Positions 51,880-64,000 of a stretch of DNA of 64,000 nucleotides are shown here, in pieces. Numbering within the stretch: the stretch's first letter is position 1; the number at the start of each line of letters is the position of its first letter. The position numbers were made by a program, and so were the translations under genes. Source of the stretch: Lama guanicoe (Eukaryota); assembly GCA_013239625.1 (NCBI GenBank), contig MU054323.1:20171082-20235081 (forward strand), in the 5' to 3' direction. The notes under the pieces are model-generated. The model was not told the DNA's origin and did not search any database. It worked only from the letters and a program-made list of their open reading frames with translations.

Positions 51880-54800
51880 TTCTGTATTTTGTTTTATCTT
51901 TTAAAAATTTATTTTGGAGAAGATAAATATGACTATAGCCCATTTTATGTTTGTCCAGTATGGCATTGTGGCAAAACAAGTTTTGGAGTCTTCCTGGTCA
52001 TTATTAATATGGGTCTACCATTTAGACTTTGGGCAGATTTATTAACCTTGCTGAGCCTTAGTGTCTTCATCTTTAATTTACAAGGAGCTAGCTAATGCTT
52101 TCTACCTACTGTTACCCTCCGTGTCTTGAGAGTTTTGTAGGAATTAAATGAATAAAATGTCTGGTAAATCATGGGATGTACAGAAAATGGTAGCTTTTTG
52201 AATCAGAGTCAGTGAAAGAAACAGAAGCCAGTCCAGATTTGATCTGTTACTGGGAATTTAGTGCTTACAAAATAGTGGAAAGTTGGGAGGAACAGACCTA
52301 GGCTGGGCCCCTGGCAGACTCGCAGAACAGTACAGAGAAGTGACCCACATGGAAACCTAGTCCCTCTAAAGCCTTCTCTGGAGCTAAGCTAGCAAGCAGC
52401 ATGCTTTTTCCATTGCCCTTCACAGCCAGGAAGTTGGAAAATGGTCACCTGAAGCCTCAGTCCAAGGTTACCGAAGTCATATGAAGAAGCTTACTGATGC
52501 CTGCCCCTGTCTTGGCACCTAGGAACTTGGAGAATGGAAATTGCTGCATAAAAGCCTCACCTTTTCAACTTCGTTTGCTGATGGCTAAGAGTCTCAGGAC
52601 AATACCCCTGCCTCATAGCCTCCCAGTACACCTCACACCAGTTCCAATGCTTATAACTTGGAGGATAGGGGGTGTGGGAAGCTGGGAGATAATTATAAGC
52701 TTTCTGATTTCTCCAAAGGGAAGGAAGGAGGTTGAGAATATCTGAATATTGGCAACAGTGGTATTAAGATGGATGATAGTGGTGAATAAGGCTTATTATT
52801 GCTGTGTTTCATATATTCCATTCAGAATTATACATCAAGTGGATGACATCCTAGAACAAGAACTGGAAACTCCAAGTCCAGTTATTTTCAATGGACCGTG
52901 TTCCTTCCAATATCTTGTTCTTTATTTATTAAATAAATAATTCACTGAACATCTCAGGAGGAGCAGGGGTCTATTCTGAGTGCTGGGAATGTTTGTAGTG
53001 ACCAGACATTGTCCCTGCTGTCGGAAACCCTTTTGCCCCGTGGGTTACAGACACAGGCTGGTTTACTGTAGGAGAGTAAGTGCTATGATAGAGGTGACAT
53101 GCCCAGGAGGGACGCCCACCCCCTGTCAGGGGGACTTATAAAGTGACACCCAGTGCTTTTAGGGAGTGATCATTCAAAAGTAAAAGTACCCCAATTGCCT
53201 ACACATTTATAAAAGAGGAAAGAACTGTTTCATGACAATTTGGGGTAAGAACAGGACAGTGTAGAGGGGAGATTCTTCGTGTAGAGAGATGGAGAGAATC
53301 CTTATGAGGAGAAAATCCTCTTGGGTCTGGCCAGTTCTGTCGCTGAGCTGACGTTCGAGGCATCTTTGATGGCTCCTGCCATGGCCCATTTATCACCTTC
53401 ACCTGTAAGGCTTTCAGGAGCCTTACTCCTTCTCTGAAGGTGAAGCTGGCATCCGCAGCATTACACAGACTCCAGGCCTGGGGCCCGGGTGGGTGTTCTC
53501 TATCCCTTTTTCTCGTTATCTTCATTTTCTTGGTGCAGGATGTGAGAAGGGGCTCCTTTTATTCTATATGTTTATTGCACACATAGAATAAAAGTAATAA
53601 AATTTTAAGGCACTGAAGATGGCCTTATTTGTTCATTTCCATTTTTCTTAGTAGCCAGTGGTGTGGTGGTCTTCAGTTCTTGAGGACACAGGTGGATAAA
53701 AGACCAAAGCTTGTGTCAAAATTGCCTCTGTGTTAGAGAACAGATACAAATTGTCATTTTTAAAAACAGACTTACAAATCCTGTAAGCATTAATAAATGT
53801 ACATTTTTATACATTTTTAAAGATTATGCCAATATTTTGTTTGATTTTGTGCAATCTTTAAGCTTAATTCAGATATTTTTGCTCTGTTAGTTGTAAATCA
53901 GTGCTGTTTCATCTGGCCTTTTGTTCATAGGCTTTGCATTTTAATAAGTTGATAATAACTTGTATATCAAAAGAGATTTTACATCTGTAAGCCAATACTT
54001 TATCTTGAAGAAGGAAGGAAAACTAAGTTTTGAACTCTGTGTTTTAGGCGCTACACTAGGCACATATTCATTTTGTTCTTTTAATCATTACAACCAGAAT
54101 TTGTTAATTTATGTTATTATTAGCTCTTATTTTTACAGTGGCCCAAAGAGAAAACAGCAACTTTCTAAAAGTCATAGCAACATTAAGTCAAATTAGAATA
54201 TGAGCTCTTTGAGGGTGGTACCCCTGGTCTTGTATTCCTTTGTTGCCACTGACTCCACATAGTGGACATTTAAATATTTGGTGATGAATGTCTCAAAAGC
54301 CTCCTCTGCCTTTCTAGTGTAGGAACCTTTTCAATATCAGTCCAACCTTTAGTGATAAGTTGCAAATTAAAAAATGTGCTGCTTTGAATATGTTTGTACC
54401 TCTTCCATCAGTTCTTGTAGAGAGCTTTTGGGCTGAAGGCTTTTTCCCTTTTCATACTTTTGTTCCCCTTTTCAAGGCCATAGTACATAGGTCCCATTAT
54501 ATCAGAAAAAGTGTAAGACAAAGGAAAGCTCGGTGGGAGCAGGAGAGTACACCGTGAAGGGCAGCAGGATGTGGTATCTTTGGGAAGTGCAACCCATGAG
54601 ACTAGTTGTTGGTACTGCCTTGTGCTTCTTCCCCCATCTGAGACAGTGAATCCTCGCCATGTATCTTTCCTGGAGTATGTTTTTATTCCTCCATAATGGT
54701 GACCCACCATCACCGCCACCCTCCATCATCACCAGCACTGGAAGAGATATTTTAATTCATTTGTACTGCAGTTACTAATAGAGATTAGCACAGAGCAGTG

Positions 54801-56899
54801 TGTGTTACACATTTCCTAACGAGGATGCTTCTATTTAAGTGAAAGAGGTGGTCATTCAGAAGCCCTCCTTGTACCCTCTTTTTTCCATATAGTTTCCCCA
54901 CTATACTGAAAATCTTCTAAACTGATGCTCAGAGCTCTGTGCTGCATCCTTTAAAAAAGCCTTTGTAAATACCCTTGGGCATAACGTTATTAGTAGTCTT
55001 TTAGGTATAAACTTGTGTTTTTAGTTTGTGTCTTTGTGGAGGGAGGGAAGGGCAGAAGTACTTAAATTCTAAAAATGCATATTGGAGTCATTTTTAGTGA
55101 AAGGAATTTCTCCTGCCCTATCTCCTTTTGTTCTTTAATTTGTAAATGAATAGAGAATAAAATCATCCCTGGATTTACACTACTTTGGTAGAATAGGAAT
55201 GTTACTTCTTGAGCTTTCATATTCTAACATAGAAATAGAATGATAAAATGTCATTACTTTACATGCTTACTCTAATCAGCTTTTTTTTTTTTGAATCCAC
55301 ACTGGAATTAGCATTAGTTTGTGTCATTAATTTTTGAAACTTCCAAAGGATGATGTACTCTATTTTCACTCGTGGGAGACCTTGAATTTTTAGGCCTAGA
55401 TGGGTATATGATTTTGAAGAGAAATAAAAGGCTTAGTTTACAATTTACTTTTATTTTTAATTTCTGTATCCTGCATTTTATACAGCACATAGATCAACTC
55501 TTGAGTTTTTTTTTCTTTTTTCTTTTTAATTCCCTTCAGTAAAGGATAGAGTAGAAATTGCACCTTACCTGAATGCCAGATAAGAATAGTTTTTATCTGG
55601 GTTAAAGGGTTACTTTCCAATCATGGCACTTCATGAGCATGATTTTTCCTGCCCCATAGTTTACTGGAGTAATTAATTTTCTTCACAGCTACATTGAACA
55701 TTTCTGTTGGCCAGTATTTATAGATGTTGAAATAAAGTGTAGCTTCAGATACCATCTGATACAGTATCTTGGTTCTATCCGGCTTCTTTCCGTAAATAAT
55801 GATTTTTGTAAATTCATCCTTCTTAACACAGTTTTTTCTCCCTATAGTCTCCTACTTTTTCTTGTGTTTTGTCCTCCCTCCACCACCTAGTGTACAATAC
55901 TTCCATTAGTCTTTAAAGCTGCAAGAATATTTTCACATTGTTGGGATTTGTGAGTCTTAGTGGCAAGGTTGTAAAAATAGCTGGTTAGTCAAACTTGCTT
56001 TACATTTTAGAGTATCAGTAACTCATGTGGGTGAAACTGTAATTCCAGAGAGAAATTAATTTCAACCTGGTAGAAAAATTATTGAAGGTGTTGGAAAGAC
56101 CTCTCCTGAGATAAAAGAACAGGAAATAAAATCTTTTACATGTTAATAATTCTTTTTGCCTTTAAGGTGTACTATGGTTGACTCCTTTGTTGGGTTTTCA
56201 TAGTTTAAGCAGCAAATCCATTTCTTCTTTTGTTGATGTTGTTTTCAAATTATTCAGTAGTCAATACAGTTGGAGAAATGTTTTCCATATTCTTCCCTGT
56301 TTGAAAAGACTTTTTTAAAAGCTTGCTTAGAATTGTATATCTTTTCATATAAATGACTATAGGGGGAGGGGGGAAAATAAATGACTATAAATAGGATAGG
56401 AGGGGATGATAGGATTATATGAAATTTTTAGCAGTTATGAAGCTCGTTAGTGAAAGGCCTCTCAGGAGGAAAGATTCTGCAGAAACGTAATTGTCATCCT
56501 GTACCCTTTGATTGATTCTTGTTTCTATTTTGTCGATGGTGGACTATCAATGTTCTGATCTTTGGTTTCCAGACTGCTTAAAACTTTGAAAAAGATTATA
56601 TCTTATAGTATGAGACGACTCATGATTCTTATATTGATAATTCATATATCACATAATTGACAGCTTTAAATAGTATGTACATTAGAGAATTCTTTTAGAC
56701 TATTTAGTAGTTTACAGGGGAAAAGGAGTTGAAAAAAATGCTTCCATAACTATCCTAGCAGATACTTTCTGAATGTCATGAATTTGTCTATTTTGGTGGA
56801 ATGATTGGATTAGAGGGCATGAGCAGGTTTTAAGGTTTTTAAAAGTGTTTCTAAAGAGCCTTCCAGAAAGTATGAATCAGTTTTGCTTTTATACTTTGC

Positions 56900-59400
56900 T
56901 GTAATTTAGTCTTCTCCTATATTTTCTTGTAGAAGTTTTATAGTTTTAGATTTAAGTTATGACCCATTTTTATTTAATTTTTGTGCAAGCTATCCATATT
57001 CAGTTTCTTTTGGGAGCAGGGGTTTGGATGCATATTTAATTGCCCCAGCACCATTTGTTGAAAAAGGCTATCCTTTCTCCATTGCATTGCTTTTGTGCCT
57101 TTGTCAAATTTGTTGGTCATGTATGCATGGCCCCATTTTTGGCCTTTCTGGTCTGTTCTTTTGATCCACTTGTTGGTCTTTCCACCATTAATACACTTGG
57201 GATGATTATTATAGCTTTCTAATACTTTTTAAATATATTTTTTATTGAAGTATAGTCAGTTTATAATGTTGCATCAATTTTTGGTGTGCAGCACAGTGCT
57301 TCAGTTATATAGGAACATACACACATTTGTTTCCATATTCTTTTTCACCATGTTACTACCAGATATTGAATATTGTTCCCTGTGCTTCTAATACTTCTTG
57401 AAATCAAGTAATGTTAGCCCTCCAACTTTGATTTCTGTTTTTAAGAATTGTTTTGGCTATTCTAGATCCTTTGCATTTCTGTATAAATTTTAGAATCAGC
57501 TCATCAATTTCAGCAGAACTCTGCTGGGGTATTGATTGGGGTTGTGTTAAATCCGTTGATCAATTTGGGAGGAGAATTGACATGTTAACAATACTGAGAA
57601 ATGTCTATCAACAATGGAGTAAATAAACAAACTGTGGTGCATCCATAGAATGGAATACAGCTCAACAAAAAGAACAAACCATTGATCAGTGTGTTTGGGA
57701 ATTAGAAGACTCAATATTGTTTTTGGCTATTACAAATAATGTTGCTGTGAATGTGTACAAGTCTTTGGATAGACATACATTTTCTCTTGGTTTGAAGTGA
57801 AGTAGCTTTATCATATGATGGATATTTTTAGCTTTTTAGGAGACTGCAAACTATTTGCCAAAGTGATTGTACCACTGTACATTCCCGTCTGCAGGGTGGA
57901 GGAGAGCTCTGGTTTCTTCACATCATTGCCAGCACTTTGTATGGTCAGTCTTTTTAATTTTAGGCCTTCTAATAGGTGTGTAGCAGTGGTAAATTTTAGA
58001 TTTTTGAGTCCTGGATATTCTTGTATTCCTATAAATCTGTTGAACCTTGTTCTGGGATACACTCAAGTCACTGGGAAACAGTTTGGTCCTTTTGGTTGTT
58101 GCATTTATGACTTAATGTGTATGTGTTAAGTGGATACTGAACAATAAGTGCTCAGACTAGGGCTTAATTGTTCCCTGTTACTTAGGCAAGACCTTTTTGT
58201 TTACTCTACCCAATACAGTGTGAATTATGAGTTTTTCCAGTGTGGTCATTTGGGAACAAGCACTGTTTGTGGCCCCATTTGAGCACTGGGCAGTGTCCCC
58301 TCTCACTCTTCCCCCGGTTTACGGCAGTTTCCTCTCCTGTGTTCACTGATGGGTGCTGTGCTCCAGGACCACCATCTGCAATCTCCAGGTTTTCTCTCGT
58401 CTTGTACTCTGTCTTCTGGACTCTAGTTTCTTTGATCTGCCTGGTCTCTCACCTTTGTCTCCTCATTCCAGGAGTCTGCCAGACTTGCCAGTTTCCCCTC
58501 CTTCATTGTTGCCTAGGCAATCAGGAGGGCCAGTGCTGGGGCTCACCCTCTGTTTCCTGTCTTTCAGGGATCTCTAGTCTTCATTGCCTGATGTGCCAGT
58601 GGCCTCATGTTTCATGTATTTTGTCTGCTTTTAAAATTATTTATTAGTTTTTGATGTTTTGGAGTAAATTTGTAAAAACCAAAATTTGTAAATTCTGGTT
58701 ATTTCAGGCAGGAGGGTAGATGTGGTCCCTGTTACTTCATTGGTCTGGAAGGAGAAATCCTAGTTCTGTATTTTAAAATCAAGATGTGAAATACAGTGTA
58801 ACAGGTAAAGTGTACAGGTCAATCAGTTTTCACAGATGTGTGCGTTTCTATTACACCACTCAGATCAAGATGGACAGACTTTCTAATACCTCATTGGGTT
58901 CCTTTGTGCCCCTTCTTGGTCATTGCCACCATCTTCCCCTCCAGGTAACCACTTCTCTGATGTCTGCCACTCCCCGTTGGTTTTGCCTGGTCTGTGACTT
59001 CTCTCAGTGGCATGCCTGCAGTATTTTTGCCTGATGTTTTCACTCAGCACGACGTCTGTGGGGTCCGTCTTTGTTACTGCTTCTGTCACTTACTCTTCTT
59101 TCTGGCCCAGCAGTGCCTCTTCTCCCATAGGTGGACATTCGAGTGGCTTCCAGTTTTGGCTCCTGTGAACCAAGCTGCTGTGAACATCCTTTTGGTGTAC
59201 CTTAAGCTCTCCTTCCTCTTGAGTAAATACTGAGTGGAATTGTTGGTTCATGGGGCGGTATACTCTATCTACTGGACACTCTAGTAGATATCGCCAAACA
59301 GATGTCCACAGTGGTTGAACCACTTTTCACTTCTGCTGTCAATGTATGTGAGGCCTGATGAGACTTGGCATTTTCAGTCTTTTAAAGTTTAGCCATTATG
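56900..59400 (-). mobile_element. Cluster of nested and fragmented L1 elements
   Basis: cccagcaccatttgttgaaaaaggctatcctttctcc, ttttagaatcagc, gtggacattcgagtggcttccagtttt. A younger L1 tail lies at ~57230-57390. Confidence 0.7.
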
Positions 59401-59459
59401 GGGCCACAATTTTTCTTTATTAGGCCAAAGCATGGTACTTAGATTAAGTAATGTGAGGG

Positions 59460-59551
59460 CTAGGGCGCCCAGCCATCCTGGTTTGCTGGGACTGAGGGGT
59501 TCTCTGAATGTAGGACTTTCAGTTTTAAAACCAGGACAGTTTGTCACCTTC
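59460..59551. mobile_element. hAT-Blackjack MITE (MER81/MER94-like)
   Basis: tagggcgcccagccatcctggtttg...aaaccaggacagtttgtcaccttc terminal similarity. Confidence 0.55.
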
Positions 59552-60539
59552 AGTCCATCCAGAGGAGGCTCTCAGGTGATGTACTCAGCAGGATGTGCAG
59601 GTAAAAGCAGGAGATTCACAAGGCTCAAGCCAAGCCCAAGTACAGATAAGGACCTGGGCCAGCCTTCCCAGTGGTTGTGTTCTATAGGCAAGAGAACAGG
59701 GGTCACTCACTCCACCCCCTTTTATCCTCAGGTCTCAGCTTAAACTGTGTTTCTTCAGAGAAGGCTCAGCTGGCCCCTCAGGCTGCATTAGTTTCCTCTG
59801 TTGTATTTTTGGAGCACTGTATATAATCTTAGAATACTTACCGCACTTTGAAGTATATGTTCTTATCTGAATTATCTATAATTCTAGATCATCTGTAATC
59901 TTTGTATCTTCACGGATATTCCCAGAACACATTGGTAGGCACGTCAATAAATTTTCTTTTCTTTTTTTTTCCCTGGGAAGTGGGGTGTGGTTGTAGGGGG
60001 AAGTAGGTGAGACATACGGCAGAGCAGATCATGAGAAGATTTATAAACCATGAGGCTTTTCTTTTTTATCAAGGCAAGGGAGAAATGAGTTGTGTTGTAG
60101 GAAGTTGCTGGCTGCTGTGTCCATAATGAACCAGAGAGGATGGTCTTGTGCTGGAAAATTTGGTTGTGCCTAAATCCTTTTATTTTGTTTCTTAAGTTTT
60201 AAAATTGATAGCAAATGGAAAAATGCATGGTGGCATGTTAAGGCTGCATAAAATTCCAGATGGACTTTGAATATATTTATATAAGATTGGGCAGCCTTTG
60301 CCAGATGCACTGTTCTTTGAATAAATAAATGTAAGGCAGAAATAGCTTAAATTTCTGATGGGATCCTAACTTGCTATAGAACATCTTATGAGTCATTGTA
60401 TCTCACAATGTGAAGATAAAATTTCTGTGACAGTTTTCTTAAAGCCAGTAATGAACCCTTGCTTCAATCAGTTCTTGTTTTTCTTTTCAGATTAGACTTT
60501 GAGTTAATATTTCTTTTGCATGTTAGTTGTTCCTGAGTA

Positions 60540-60843
60540 TCTTTCATGGTGTCTGTGGTGAAAACAATTTTGATGATAATACTAAGCTGTCATCTAATTG
60601 TTTTTCTGGTTCTCTCATGAGTGTGTAGCAGTTTTTCCAGGCTGTGTGACACGTGATAGCATCATCACTCATGATAATAATACAACGTGTGCTTGTGATT
60701 TCCTGTGTCTTAGAAGTTTCTTCATTTTAATTTCTAACACAATATTGATAGATAGAACCCATGTAAACAAAACTTCTTTGAATTCCTGATAGGATTTCAG
60801 AGCATAAAGGGGTCCGGTGACTATACACCTTGAGAACCGCTGG
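60540..60843. mobile_element. hAT-Charlie element end (Charlie1-like)
   Basis: ttttaatttctaa...gatagaacccatgtaaacaaaa...aaaggggtcc..tgagaaccgctg terminus. Confidence 0.55.
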
Positions 60844-62665
60844 TATCAGTGTTCTGCCAGAAAAATGTGTTAAAATTAGTATTTTATCCGAATGATTCTT
60901 AACTGAGGCTCAACTGGTGTGGCTCTACCCCAGAGTTTGAAAATCAGAATTTCTAGGGGTGAGATCTGGAGATCGATCTGTTTTTGGTTGTTTACAAAAA
61001 GTGAAAACAAAATTTAAATTTGTTTTAATTTTTGTATAATTTGCTTTCTTAATTAGGAACCGTTGTTTTAGGAAATAGGAATCATTTTCCAAATGTCAAA
61101 GAAAATTCATTTGAAAAATAGTAATAGCAGCTTTTTAAAATTTAGCATTGTTAGGCACTGTGCTAATCACATTATGTGCATTTTCTTAATCCTCACAATA
61201 ACCTTATAAAGGAGACATTATGTCCACATTTTACAGATGACAAAACTGAGGATTACAGAGAGTAAATAATTTGTCTAATGTCACACAATTGGGAAACGGG
61301 TGGAACTTAGTTTTGAATTTAGGTGTGACTCTGAAGCTTAGTGTTAGATCCGCTCTGTGTTAGATCTGGAAAGGCGAGTAGTGGAAAGCTCCGGAATGAG
61401 GTGTGACAGGTAGAGCCCTCGAACAGTGATCTTTTGATGATTACTCTGTGTAGTGTTTTATGTTGTAACTTTATGAATCTACCCTTGCAGCAGGTGACTT
61501 GAGTGTTACTGATAATTCTTACCTAGTCTATTGTGAACATTTCTTGAGTTTCCATCTTCTCTTACTTCATGAGGAAAACAGCACTGATACAAAGATAAAA
61601 CACCTGTCTTTGTTCTTAAGGGACTCTGTGAATCAAATGATTGTAGTGTGCAGCATACTATGACAAGTACCTTAAGCTTTTGCGGCTGCTGCTTTGTAGC
61701 AAAGAGGTGACTCCTCCACCTGAGGTTGGCAAAAGTCTCATGGATCAGACACCAAAGTCTCAGAGACTCCTTTCAACTTTACATGTGATCTCACTTCCGT
61801 TAACATTTCTTCCACTCCCGTATTCTCACTGTTTATCTCATACATTTCTATATAGAAGCATTCATCTCCTAGTTCTTTCCTGTTTTTGGTTTCCCAAGAT
61901 GGGCCACTTTTCTACTTTGTTCCCCTCCTTTTTAAATCTTCAAACCCAAAATTTATTTGTATATTTATAATTATGTATATCTGTATATTTCAGAAATTAA
62001 TGTTATACAAAATGCCAGTTGAAATTTATATTTTGGCAAGATGATACAAAGAGATGGGGAGAAGGAAGATAGAGGTAAAGAAATGATTAACACCTATGGT
62101 GGTTATCACATTAAGAAAAAAACAATTTAACATGGAGTAGAGTTTCGTTACAGAACAAAGAAGTGTTTTCCTTCTCTTGAGTCCTGTTCACTTTTTATTT
62201 TGAAGTATTTTTAGGAAGCAGAAAAGAGAGACTAATTTGTTAATTATGAACCTGCCAGCCAACTTTGTCTTCCCTTATTATGACATACGTATTTGCTTCA
62301 GATTCTTGTAGTGCAGTGTACACTTCCCAACCCCACTGCCTTCCTGGTTTCCCCACAGGGGAATTGCTGTGTCAACTTCAGTGTGTCTTTTTCCATTCTT
62401 GGATTTATACTTGAGCTACATATGTATGTATTTATCTAGAGCATTGTTTTTGCATTTTTAAAAGTGGTATTTTACATATGTGTCCTTCTGCAGATTGCTT
62501 TCTTGCCCAGTATCAAGTTTCTGAGATTTATCCATGTTAGTATGTGGATTCATTATTTTTAGGTTCAGAATAGAATTCCACTACATGACTATAGTGTAAT
62601 TTATCCATTCTTCTTTTGACCTTTTGCAGTTAATTTGCAACCCCCCTCAGGTTTAACTTGTTCTC

Positions 62666-62802
62666 TTTTTTTTTTTATGGGGGGAGGTAATTTAGGTTTA
62701 TTTATTATTCTTTTTTTTTTAAGCAGAGGTGCTGAGAATTGAACCCAGGACCTTGTGCATGCTAGGCATGCACTCTAACCACTGAGGTATACCCCCCTCC
62801 CT
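62666..62802 (-). mobile_element. vic-1 type SINE
   Basis: Reverse-complement A/B boxes. acttgttctc duplicated on the flanks. Confidence 0.88.
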
Positions 62803-62809
62803 ACTTGTT

Positions 62810-64000
62810 CTCTTTTTGATATAATTTACATACCATATATAATCTACCACTTTAAAAGGTATATAATTTAGTGGTTTTTAGTATATTTACAAATTTATGC
62901 AACTGTAACTATCATTTAATTCCAGGACATTTTTATCACTCCAAGAAGAAACCCTGCATCTATTAGCAGTCACTCTTGTCTATTTCCCCGTTCACTTATC
63001 CTCTGGCAGCCACTGGTCTACTTCCTGTCTCTCTGGATTTGCCTATTCTGGATTTTTCAGATAAATGGAATCATATAATATGTGGCCTTTTGTGTTTGTC
63101 ACTTTTGTAATGTTCCATTTAGTATAATGTCTCAAGGTTCATCCATGTTGTAGCATGAATCAGCATTTACTTCCTCTTTATGGCTGAATGATAAATACCC
63201 CATTGTATGGATATACCTTCGTTTATCCATTTATCAGACATTTGGGTTGTTTCCATTTTTTGGCAGTTATGAGTAATGCTACTATAAACATTCATGTTCA
63301 GGTTTTCATGTTGACATATTTCCAGTTCTCTTGACCTAGGAATGTAATCACATGGTTATATGGTAACTCTTTTTAGCAATTTGAGGAACTGTTGGGCTGT
63401 TTTACAATGCAGCTGCACCATTTGATATTCCCATCAATAATGTACAAAGATTACAATTTCTCCACATTTTTGCTTACTATCTTTTTGATTATAGTCATTC
63501 TAGTCTATAGGAAATAATCTCATTGTAGTTTTGATTTGCATTTCCCTAGTGACTAATGATGTCAAACATCTTTTCATATACTTACTGGCTCTTCGTGCAT
63601 CTTCTGGAGAAATGTCTATTCAAATCCATTGCCCATTATTTAATTGGGTTTTCCTTTTATTGTTGAATTATAAGAGTTCTTTATATATCCTGGATACTAG
63701 ATCCTTATGAGATACATGATTTGCAAATATTTTTTCCAGTTCTGTGGGTTGTCTCCTTTTTTAGAGTATCCTTTTAAGGACAAACATTTTAATGTTAATT
63801 CCAGTTTATCTGTTTTTTCTTTGGTTGCTTATGATTTATTTCGGGTGCCATAGTGAAGAAACTTGCCTATCCCAAGATCATGAAGATTTATTTAGCACCA
63901 TTTTTATTCATTTCCCCAGTGAGTTGTCTTGGCACACTTTTCCAAAATCATTTAACTAGAAATTTATGGGCTTATTTCTGGACTCTCAGTTATATTGTAT
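62810..64000 (-). mobile_element. L1M (L1MB-like) 3' region, runs off the window
   Basis: ataatttacataccata...ggttcatccatgttgtagcatg...gttttgatttgcatttccctagtgactaatgatg...ggagaaatgtctattcaaatcc. Confidence 0.88.

Larger units (their letters stand above)
34034..64000 (+). other. MTA3: MTA3 intron 3 (continues past the window end)
   Basis: Begins at the gtaagt donor. No exon encoding the expected next segment (KEIEEES...HRELFLSRQ) was found by eye. AT-rich, T-biased + strand, with many antisense L1 fragments. Confidence 0.8.

Noticed and set aside
600..61970. ORFs of 60-135 aa in the supplied six-frame track
   Set aside because: None resembles a protein I recognise. Many overlap LTR, L1 or SINE sequence or use non-ATG starts. 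The real coding exons (27424-27491, 33940-34033) are too short to appear in the track.

Overview
Mammalian nuclear DNA, very probably a camelid (alpaca/llama/camel): it carries at least nine copies of a tRNA-derived SINE matching the camelid vic-1 type. The only protein-coding sequence I can support is two small + strand exons of MTA3 (NuRD subunit, N-terminal BAH domain): exon 2 (27424-27491) and exon 3 (33940-34033). The rest of the window to 64000 is the following long intron, and I found no exon 4. The first ~25 kb is GC-richer intergenic or upstream DNA full of MaLR/ERV LTRs, L2, MIR and hAT elements. The most notable observation is that the canonical MTA3 first coding exon (MAANMYRVG) is not visible in the GC-rich zone just upstream of exon 2. 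In its place is a Kozak-ATG mini-exon candidate (26056-26071, MKPRL) with a donor in the correct phase. Other observations are a 3'-truncated U6 retrocopy nested in a SINE, an unidentified polyadenylated retroposed insert inside an MLT2 LTR, a 4x68-bp minisatellite built from a MIR fragment, an orphan ERVL pol/dUTPase fragment inside an L2, and a split T-box palindrome near TCF/SOX motifs. The supplied ORFs look like chance or repeat-derived frames. Repeat names come from recalled consensus similarity, not from a database search, and repeat boundaries are approximate. I see no convincing wholly new biological system.
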